From Nemertoderma westbladi (lineage: Eukaryota; Animalia; Xenacoelomorpha), in contig JAUCBJ010009141.1 in the NCBI GenBank assembly GCA_032718475.1, positions 1-64,000 of the forward strand: 64,000 nt of DNA, given 5' to 3'. Position numbers and translations under genes: made by a program. The notes under the pieces were generated by a model. It made no database searches. It saw nothing but the letters and a program-made list of their open reading frames with translations, and was not told the origin of the DNA. This document shows, in pieces, positions 25,065 to 33,539 of the stretch; the first letter of the stretch is position 1; each line of letters starts with the position of its first letter.

Positions 25065-28000
25065 TCAGCTCAATTTTGACAAGCATGATCTCTTGGTCAG
25101 TGTGTTTCCTTGACTGTCCAGTCTCACCTTCACTCGAAAGTTGTCTGTGTTTGGGTCCCAAAAGAGCCCCAACACCTTAGTCGTCGGTAGTGGTTCGAAC
25201 TCTAGGTCTATGTCACCACCTCCACGCTCAGTAGTTCCGAATGAGTCAACTAATTCGGCACTGTTTGAGGCGAATTTGGTGAGGTTAAAACCTCCGCCCG
25301 CCAAGCAGTCCCGTAATTGATGTGCTACTGTTGTAGCACGTTCTACTGTGTCGCAACTCTGTAATCCGTCATCAACGTAAAAGTCACGCTCCACAATTCT
25401 AATTATCTCTGGGTCATACAGATGTTTCTGATCTCTAGCGGCTTGCTTCAAGGCGTACATCGTACAATTTGGGCTGTCTCTGGCACCGAAAACGCGAACT
25501 TGCATTTGGTAAGTCGCTGGTGGTAGACTTAAGTCCCCTTCCGGATACCAGAGAAACCGCAAACTGTCTCTGTCTCGCTCTAACGCTTTTACTTGGTGAA
25601 ACATCGCTTCAACGTCGCAAGTAAAGGCTACTTGACGCTGACGGAAGCGCATAATCACCCCCATAAGATAATTATTCATGTTCGGTCCATCCATCAACTC
25701 ACTATTGAGGGACATTCCCTCAAACAGAGCCGCACAGACATTGACTACGCGTACTTTATCTGGTTTGTCGGGATGTCTCACATAGTGATGTGGCAGGTAG
25801 TATGTCTGGTCGGTCACTCGCTCCGGGTTAGTCATTCGGATAGCGTATCCTTCAGTCAAATACGTCTCCATCTGAGTGTTGTACTGCAGATGGGCTTTCT
25901 CGTCCTTTAATAGACGTTGTCGTATTGAGTGTAGACGTCTTAAAGCCAGTGGATAGTTGTTTATAAGTTTAGGACTTTGGCTACGCCATAACATCCCCAC
26001 CTCGTAATGTCCGTCCTCCGTCTGTCGGATAGTATCCTCCATGATCTTCAGAGATTGTTTCTCCTGTTCCGACATACAAGGTTCGTAGCTACCAGGTTCA
26101 GCTGTATCTTGTTCTAACCACCTGATAGTCTTCTCCGTTAATTCTTTGTCCAAGGCGGCTTGTTCCAACTGATGAATTTTCAACGCGTCATCATCGATAT
26201 CGACGGGCACTGTTGAGGTTATTGGGGTAGGTAGACTCGCAAGCCTATCATCTGTCGTCGATGGAATCTCTAGCTGACTCGTCTTCTCCCCAAGTTCTAA
26301 ACTCACCTGGTGGGTTAGCTGCTCCTTGTGACTTATCATACTAGTTACACGTCTGTCATGTTTTGTCGACTGTAGCGTAGTATGGTTCACGTCATGTGAA
26401 AAGGAATGTATTGAATTTGTAGTTAATAAACTACATGTACTCTGTACATCGTCTTCCTCGTCACTTACGTCTAGTGTGCGCACAGGCGCTCGAGTATACC
26501 ACCCTATCGGCGTTCTGCAGGCGTATGCGTTTCCTGCTACAACTGCCGATGGTCTGGTTTCCCACACCTGATGTAGGTTGAATTGGTCCGTCCCGATCAG
26601 CATTGCTACCGATCTATAATTGACAGGACATTCGGGTACACCAAGGTGTCTGAAATACTTACGGTCCTCTAAAGATTGTTCCGGCACTGGACCTAGTAGG
26701 TTACTAAAGTCCTTCGTGGCCGCAAAGGTTAGATCTCTAAAGGGTAACAAAGACCTCTCCCTCTCGCTGTGTTGCGATTTTGGAAGAAGAGAGTCTAAGT
26801 CCAACTTAACTCGTGTCACTGGTATTGCACGCTGTCCGTGCATACTACTTACTGTATAACTGACGTGTTTACCTTGTCTGAGATCCGTTACGACGTCAGC
26901 TATCTTTTCATCCACGTAACTGTGAGATGAGGCTGAGTCTAGAATCGCGTAAATCCTCTTACTCCCCTTTGTGCCAGTGATCTTAATCGGGATTACACTG
27001 AATCCCTTCAGTTGGTCAGTGGTCAGGAGCGCGATCGACGGTTGTTCGTCTCCATTGGAATATACATCGTCGTCTTCTGATTCTTCGTCCGACGATCCGG
27101 ATTGTTCTGAGAAGCAATCCTCAATATGGGTCACGAATGTTGGAGTCGTTTTCGATTCTCGTTTTCGGTAAGCCGCATCACATCTCGCTGCTGCTTCCGG
27201 GTGTTCCCTGGCGAAGCGTTTCGTCGGCGTGTGGCTGTATGTGTGGAGCAGACCGTCGTGGTTGCGTCCACAGGATGGACAAGTGTCGGTATTTGGGCAA
27301 TCCTTACGGACGTGTCCGTGTCGCGTACACCGCCAACAAGAGTCCAGTGGCCGTATCTGCAGCCGTCGTTCTTCCGAGTTCAACTCGCGAAATTGTCGAC
27401 AACCTCGTAACTTGTGACCAATATACCGCTTACCTAGATGTTCGCAGTATTGGCAGCCGTTGAAGTCGGTGCTGAGTTGCTGTCTCGTCTGTTTCGTCCC
27501 AATGGGCGCAGATACTCTATTACCGTCTGAGAATTGTCGTGATTCCGTCGGTGTGGCGTAAGTGGCCGTCTTTGTGGATGTTGTCTGGGGTTTTTGTCGG
27601 TTGGAGGATGGCAGTGTGATCCCTTCTGCCACGATGTGCTGGTCGGTGTAGTTAGATCGAGTTTCTACTACCGCCTCCCTGGATATTAAAAGGTACACAT
27701 CTTCTAATTTTAGGAATCCTCCTCGCTCCTCTCGCTGGTATTCGACCTTCATCCACTCCCGACGAAGTCGATGGTGGAGTCGTCCTATTATCTTTAATAG
27801 AACTGTAGGGGTATTCCCGTAATCAAGTTGTCCAATTGATCTTAAAGTAGTGATAGCGTTCTTGATTTCGTCAGCTAGTTTTAGTAAGTCGACGGGTTTA
27901 GTGATAGCCCCTCCCTTACAGAGTTCCTCTATTACTGACCTGGCCATGCTCACTGTACCTCCGTATATCGAAGTTAAACGATCGTACGCTAGTTCGAAAG

Positions 28001-30761
28001 CGTCCGGTACACCGACGAAAGTCTCCGCCAAACGTTTAGGTTCTCCTGACAACGTTTGGAGCAGGTAATTGAACTTCTCCCGTGATGTAAAGGCGCACAC
28101 GGCGATCTGGGATTCGATATAGTCTACGAAGGTATGCCAGTGTTTTGAGCTACCGGAAAACTTCGGTGGTTGTTGTACCGGCAATCCCTGTCTGGCTGCG
28201 AATTTTGCTATCTCCTCGGCAACGTTCAGAGTTTCGCGTCCTTGGTTGGTAACCTGGTTGATGTTCTCCCTTCTAGGCGCTTTTCCCTGATACGATGTGG
28301 GGTTTGAAGGTACCGGTCTTTGTGGTGCCTTCGGGTGTCTATTGTGTTCGAATTCGGTGTTCCTCGAACTATCGGTTTGAACTTCCTCCAGACGCTCCTC
28401 GATCTGAGCCAACTTGTTGACAACTGGTCGCAGAATGTCGGCGAACTGTTGTGTACTAATTGCGTCCGTTGGTTGTAACGCCTTCTGTATTGGTGTATTC
28501 TGTGGAGGATTGTCTGCAAAGGAGTTGTCTGAACGCTCGCGTTTATATTCATCGGCCGCCCCTGTTCTAAATACCTCGCGTTTCGGGTAATCCGATTCGC
28601 TCGAAGTACTACTATCATCTGGATATGGTGGTCGACGTGCTCGCGTCCGTTGCGTCGTTCGAATTCTAACGGCTCGTCTCGGAACATCGTCCACTGATCT
28701 CCGTTGTTCGGTAGGCTCACAAGTCTTCCTCGAAGTCGTAGATTGTGACGTAAACTGATTGAATGGTCGCGTTTCCACTGTTCTCCGTTGTTCGGTAGGC
28801 TCACAAGTCTTCCTCGAAGTCGTAGATTGTGACGTAAACTGATTGAATGGTCGCGTTTCCACTGTTCTCCGTTGTTCGGTAGGCTCACAAGTCTTCCTCG
28901 AAGTCGTAGATTGTGACGTAAACTGATTGAACGGTGGTCGGACGACCGCGTTTGAATCCAAAGGCCTTGTAGGCCGAAATGTCATTGGGTAATCGTAGTG
29001 CGTATCGGGTTTAGGTGTCAAAGGTGGACTCACCTGTTTTGTCGTCAGTAGTGCAGGTCCGACTAATAAACTACTACGATCTGTAATCGGTGGGTTACTT
29101 ACCTTGACTCTCGGAATAGGCGACGACGCTGCTCTTGGCGGTATAAACTCGTCCGGAATAACAAACCTGTGTTCCGTCGCACCATGGATAGGAGAAATAT
29201 CACTACTACCCGCAATCGAAACAGGTTCCTTAGTCGTAACCGGTGCAAACATATGAGTTACCTGTGGGAATCGTTGACACACGTCTTTTACTAATTGTCG
29301 TTCCCGTCTGGGTGCTCCTACGCTTCCTTCCTTCTTCCGTTCCTGAATTTGGCGATGTCTTACCTCTAACTGGTCCAAATCATGTCCGTCACGAGATCTC
29401 ATCGATCGATCGCGGGCTAGAAGATCCAGATTTTCCTTGGTTTCGGCTAATTCTCTCGCCCTTTTCTCAAGTTCGAAACGAAGTTTAACTTCCTTTTCTC
29501 GTTGTTCCGTTTGTTGTTGTTGCGCCTCGAACTCTGCTTGTCGTATCGCTTGTTGGGCTTTTATTTGCCGTGTCTTCATCTCGACTCTGGCTTCCGAAAC
29601 TAATCTTTGTCGCTCTAACTCTGCCGCAGCCGTTTGTCGCTCTAACTCTGCCGCAGCCGTTTGTCGCTCTAACTCTGCCGCTGCCGCTGCCGCTGCCGTT
29701 TGTCGCTCTAACTCGGCTGTTGCCGTTCGTTGCGCTAACTCGGCCGCTGCCGCTTGTTGGGCAATGTCCAACTCTAACCTTTCCATTTCGGCCGCTTCGA
29801 GTTCGGCTTGTTCCTGCAGATGAGAGATTCTCGCTACATTCGCAACACGTATTTTCTCTTCCTCTACTGCTGTTTGTATCATTAGAAGTTGAGCTTGTTC
29901 TTCCATCTCGTGTTGCTGTCTGTAGAACTGTTGCTGTTGTCGAGCAACTTCTGACGTGACCATACTTCCCTCGCAGATTTCGCTACGAATACTTACCAGC
30001 GATTGATTTAGTATTCCCGGAGCCGATTCGATTTGTGCGAATGAAGTTTCCCTCGTGTATTCCGGCACGGTTTCCAAATCGCCGACGTCTTCGCCGCACA
30101 TGCGTAAGTGGTCCGTCAGGTGTTTTAATTGTCCATCCAGTCGGTACAGTTCCTGTTCTTCCTCGGGCTGTAATAATTCGTCCGAAACTGACTCACCTAA
30201 CAACTGGTCCGCTTGTTCCTGTTGTATCTGTCTAATCGTCGACTTAAACTGAATCAGTTTCTCTCTAGTGATCATTAGTTTCTCGAGGATTCTAAGTTGA
30301 GTATCCATGTCCTGTCTCTGTCTAGCTAGATCTTGTAGGCCAACTAGATTATCTACGGACTTATATACTTTACTCTGTACTCTAACCTGGAGGGTGTAGA
30401 ACTCGAATCGAGACATCGGAGCGGTCAACCCGTCTAATATGCGTTGGCCTTCTCCAATGCTCCTGGTTATATGCGCCATGTATCCTCCGACGCTTCTAAC
30501 CACACTTTCTGTGCTTCCTGCTGAACTTACCATTTCCGTTTCCCTATGTCTAGGTTGCGGAACAGTTAGAAAGTCCTCGGTCCTGCCGTCGCCTCGTACT
30601 ACGGCATCCGGTACTCCCGTTGGATGTACTGGTGACGCACACGGTGTAGGTTCGGTAGGCTCGCGAGTCTTCCCCTGTTGTTCTTCCGCTGCTGACTTAT
30701 CTCCGTCACACGAGTCATAGTCGGTTTGTGTATTCTTCGTATAGTCTTGTTTGTCACTCAT
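25065..30761 (-). CDS. gag-pol: Gag-protease-reverse transcriptase portion of the BEL/Pao polyprotein
   Basis: 1898 aa. Coiled-coil N-terminus; capsid-like PPKFSG...W..F...EKFNYLLQTLSG; Cys/His boxes CWRCTRHGHVRKDC and CPSCGRNH; protease AILDSASSHSYV; RT motifs YYLPHH, KVRVV, DVEAMFHQV, FGARDSP and FYVDD. Confidence 0.95.
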   Translation of the reverse strand: MSDKQDYTKNTQTDYDSCDGDKSAAEEQQGKTREPTEPTPCASPVHPTGVPDAVVRGDGRTEDFLTVPQPRHRETEMVSSAGSTESVVRSVGGYMAHITRSIGEGQRILDGLTAPMSRFEFYTLQVRVQSKVYKSVDNLVGLQDLARQRQDMDTQLRILEKLMITREKLIQFKSTIRQIQQEQADQLLGESVSDELLQPEEEQELYRLDGQLKHLTDHLRMCGEDVGDLETVPEYTRETSFAQIESAPGILNQSLVSIRSEICEGSMVTSEVARQQQQFYRQQHEMEEQAQLLMIQTAVEEEKIRVANVARISHLQEQAELEAAEMERLELDIAQQAAAAELAQRTATAELERQTAAAAAAAELERQTAAAELERQTAAAELERQRLVSEARVEMKTRQIKAQQAIRQAEFEAQQQQTEQREKEVKLRFELEKRARELAETKENLDLLARDRSMRSRDGHDLDQLEVRHRQIQERKKEGSVGAPRRERQLVKDVCQRFPQVTHMFAPVTTKEPVSIAGSSDISPIHGATEHRFVIPDEFIPPRAASSPIPRVKVSNPPITDRSSLLVGPALLTTKQVSPPLTPKPDTHYDYPMTFRPTRPLDSNAVVRPPFNQFTSQSTTSRKTCEPTEQRRTVETRPFNQFTSQSTTSRKTCEPTEQRRTVETRPFNQFTSQSTTSRKTCEPTEQRRSVDDVPRRAVRIRTTQRTRARRPPYPDDSSTSSESDYPKREVFRTGAADEYKRERSDNSFADNPPQNTPIQKALQPTDAISTQQFADILRPVVNKLAQIEERLEEVQTDSSRNTEFEHNRHPKAPQRPVPSNPTSYQGKAPRRENINQVTNQGRETLNVAEEIAKFAARQGLPVQQPPKFSGSSKHWHTFVDYIESQIAVCAFTSREKFNYLLQTLSGEPKRLAETFVGVPDAFELAYDRLTSIYGGTVSMARSVIEELCKGGAITKPVDLLKLADEIKNAITTLRSIGQLDYGNTPTVLLKIIGRLHHRLRREWMKVEYQREERGGFLKLEDVYLLISREAVVETRSNYTDQHIVAEGITLPSSNRQKPQTTSTKTATYATPTESRQFSDGNRVSAPIGTKQTRQQLSTDFNGCQYCEHLGKRYIGHKLRGCRQFRELNSEERRLQIRPLDSCWRCTRHGHVRKDCPNTDTCPSCGRNHDGLLHTYSHTPTKRFAREHPEAAARCDAAYRKRESKTTPTFVTHIEDCFSEQSGSSDEESEDDDVYSNGDEQPSIALLTTDQLKGFSVIPIKITGTKGSKRIYAILDSASSHSYVDEKIADVVTDLRQGKHVSYTVSSMHGQRAIPVTRVKLDLDSLLPKSQHSERERSLLPFRDLTFAATKDFSNLLGPVPEQSLEDRKYFRHLGVPECPVNYRSVAMLIGTDQFNLHQVWETRPSAVVAGNAYACRTPIGWYTRAPVRTLDVSDEEDDVQSTCSLLTTNSIHSFSHDVNHTTLQSTKHDRRVTSMISHKEQLTHQVSLELGEKTSQLEIPSTTDDRLASLPTPITSTVPVDIDDDALKIHQLEQAALDKELTEKTIRWLEQDTAEPGSYEPCMSEQEKQSLKIMEDTIRQTEDGHYEVGMLWRSQSPKLINNYPLALRRLHSIRQRLLKDEKAHLQYNTQMETYLTEGYAIRMTNPERVTDQTYYLPHHYVRHPDKPDKVRVVNVCAALFEGMSLNSELMDGPNMNNYLMGVIMRFRQRQVAFTCDVEAMFHQVKALERDRDSLRFLWYPEGDLSLPPATYQMQVRVFGARDSPNCTMYALKQAARDQKHLYDPEIIRIVERDFYVDDGLQSCDTVERATTVAHQLRDCLAGGGFNLTKFASNSAELVDSFGTTERGGGDIDLEFEPLPTTKVLGLFWDPNTDNFRVKVRLDSQGNTLTKRSCLSKLS
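28690..28935. repeat. 84-bp in-frame tandem repeat x3 within gag
   Basis: PFNQFTSQSTTSRKTCEPTEQRR(T/S)V repeated three times; the nucleotide units are almost identical. Confidence 0.95.
29605..29760. repeat. ~24-bp in-frame repeats (AAAELERQT) in the gag coiled coil
   Basis: GCCGTTTGTCGCTCTAACTC recurs; the peptide repeat is visible in the ORF track. Confidence 0.9.
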
Positions 30762-30844
30762 TTCGGTAGTTGTAAGTCAAGTGAAGTGAGTGTCAAAGTA
30801 TCGAGTTTACCGTATTTGTATAAAACGGTACTAATTACAGTCTT

Positions 30845-30968
30845 ATAAAATTAGCCTACCGGCCGATTTTATAGCAGATGGATAAAATTAGCCTAAACGG
30901 CCAATTTTACAGCAAATGAATGTCACGGAATAAGTATATAATAAAATTAGCCTAGCGGCCAATTTTAT
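30845..30968 (-). promoter_or_regulatory. Three repeated stem-loops in the 5' leader (candidate packaging signal)
   Basis: ATAAAATTAGCC-N4/5-GGCC(A/G)ATTTTA at ~30845, ~30882 and ~30941. As RNA the third copy reads AAAAUUGGCC(GCUA)GGCUAAUUUU. Confidence 0.6.
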
Positions 30969-31551
30969 AACAAATAAATCGGATAACGATATGCGTTATC
31001 AAAAGGTAAATTAAATACAATAATACGGACTAATTCAGCAATGAACAAAGAAATCATACGGAATGCATAAATACTTGAGACAGTGGAACCCACAATAATT
31101 TTAACTAATACGGTAATGCCTAACTTATTTATGCAACTTTTCGAACTCACCCACTCCAATAATTCTCCAGAAAAACAGATTCCCAGATACAAACCGAACG
31201 TGAACCTTTCCGTTTTTAACGTTGCGGACGAAACGCGATTTTCCCAACCAAAGTTGTTGGGTTATCTATCTCCCAAACTTGCTAAACACGGTCTTGCTCC
31301 CGTTACAGTCTAGAAATGAGTTCTGAATCCTGAAAAAACAAAAGAGTTAGGTTTTACTTTACGAAAATTTTGTACCGGTACAATATGGTATTTAAACCCT
31401 TTTAAACACCGGTATTCAATTCCAAAAATATTTTACACGCGGTTCAAATCAAATTTTTATTTCAAAAAATTAGCACTTAGCTAATCAAATACGAATTTTT
31501 ACCTCAAAATACAAAATTTTCAAATAACTTTAGTCCTACCGAACCGTAGAT

Positions 31552-31570
31552 CAGTAAAACACATTCCTAC
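31552..31570 (-). promoter_or_regulatory. Non-tRNA primer-binding site complementary to the element's own LTR
   Basis: GTAGGAATGTG immediately follows the 5' LTR (no TGG) and is the exact complement of minus-strand 32630-32620. Confidence 0.65.
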
Positions 31571-33492
31571 TAATTGAAGAGATACGCCTATTCCTACTAT
31601 TGGAAGAGACGGTAACAATACCTGCAATATCCTACTGTAAAGTTTGTAAATCAAATCATAAATCCGACCTTCTCACCAAAACAGTAAACTCTAAGTAAGC
31701 GAATATATTGCAGTATCGATCTCTTATAACCGGTGAGGCAGAAAACAGTCTACGAGCAGACAAACTTCGATAAAACAAATCCCGCGCAGCGAATCCTAAA
31801 ATCAGGCTGACTCACTGACGGACTAAGAGGCTCGTATACTTTGCCGCGGTGTGATTTATATGGTTGGGCAAAGGGACGCTAGCTAGGTATAGAGCAGATT
31901 TGGAGATGTCTAACTAGCGGGCAAAGCACAGTACGGACAAAGTTAATTTTATATATTTCGAGGTGTAAATAATTTCTAACGCGCGTGTGTTAATTCTGAA
32001 CGGTCAAAACAGTTTTGCTCCTTCACATATATAATTACTGGGTACGGTGTGCATTTTACGAATATTCTAATTTTATAACTTGTAGGTCCAATACTCACGA
32101 ATGGCAAGGTTCCTTCCCCTCTTGCGTATTTCCAGGACTCAAATTCAGGCATAAGGTTAATACTACGCCCAGAATTCGGCAATTTTAGGTACCGGGTCCC
32201 TGATACTAAGAAGAGATGTGTTAGTTTACTACTGTAGGCGTACAGGTACTAATAGCTATCCTGGCTCCTATCTAGAATTTTAGTCACCCAGGTAGTCCAG
32301 GTAACTTCCTATTAGGGCGTTGGCGGGGACACGGTAGATGTTAGTATATCCCTGATAGCCTCAATTTATTTGCGCCTAGCGTAAACTGCCCTACCGCCTG
32401 AACGGTACAATCCTAATTCAGGTGAAAACACAGCAACCCCCCTAGCCTACAAGTTCTAATGCACTGGACACCGTTGTACGGCAAATAGTCGCACACACAC
32501 CTGTACTTAGCAAGAGTTAAGCGTACAGTTTGCTGCACCCTAACCAATGTGTATGCCTTGTACCGGTGTGCCTACGTCCTATCTGCGTACTAGTATCGGC
32601 CTGCGCTATCCCTCCCCCCGTAGGAATGTGAAGGTCTACTGTGGGTTTTCCTGAATCAAGACAGTACAGTCTCTATGATGTAATTTTAGGCTTGCAGCGT
32701 GTCACTACGTCTACCTTTGATCTTTTGGTCTTATACTTAGGTAGCAAGGATCGAACGCTGTCTAACCTTTCAGGCGATGGGCGAATAACTCTAGATGGTA
32801 TTGCGGGTTGTCTCTCGTCTACATTCCCGTGATGTTCCCGTTCATTGCTGCGGCCCGATCTCTAGCCGGCCATCCCGTCCCTGAGTTTGTTCACCGTAGT
32901 GAATTCATAGTAAAACAGAAAAGCTGAGAGAATATTCTGACTTTATTACAGAAGACACAATTATAATACAATGTAATCTGAGAATAAACTAAGCACGACA
33001 GAATAAATCTGAGAAGTATAGATTGAAGATTGAGAGATTGAAGTATAAAGTATACTAATGAACGAAATCGCACCTTTATATACTAAATTTGTGCCGCAAT
33101 CAATCGAGAAAATTCTCGATTGTTCTATGGGTTCTAACAAGGTTTTAAAGATAGCTTATTGGTCCAGCTAATATATAACTTGCACGACATTGGTTACAAT
33201 CAAATAACTACAGCCTTATTGGTACAGACAAATGCAATTAATTTGTAGCGGTTAATTTAAATGAGTTGAAATTCTGCACAAAAAATAATTCGCACTTACT
33301 AGGATTCGAACTCGATACCTACTACACATATAATTTCCAACGCTCTACCAACTGAGCTACTGAACCACTTGACCGATAGATGTACAATAGATAGAACCAA
33401 TACTAATGAGAACTCAAAGCAATCTTTACAAAGTTAATTCGAATAAAATAAAATTTTGAAAATCCACGGCATTTAGGGAATATAATTCTATA
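31571..33492 (-). repeat. 5' LTR (1922 bp) with TATA box (33082-33073), CCAAT boxes and A/B-box module (33294-33366)
   Basis: Direct repeat of 14849-16770. Minus-strand TATATAAAGG lies downstream of three (A)CCAAT boxes. Confidence 0.95.
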
Positions 33493-33539
33493 ATTACATT
33501 TCATTAAATATTAATTGTAACATCTCTATTTTTGATTTA

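Larger units (their letters stand above)
14849..33492 (-). mobile_element. Full-length BEL/Pao (Belpaoviridae-type) LTR retrotransposon, 18,644 bp, with an extra exonuclease ORF
   Basis: Direct repeats at 14849-16770 and 31571-33492 (offset 16722). 5-bp TSD ATTAC at 14844-14848 and 33493-33497. Domain order Gag-PR-RT-RNaseH-IN with Pao-type motifs. Confidence 0.96.

Noticed and set aside
19020-30720. Short antisense and alternate-frame ORFs overlapping gag-pol and ORF3
   Set aside because: Shadow ORFs of long coding regions and in-frame repeats, with no motifs.
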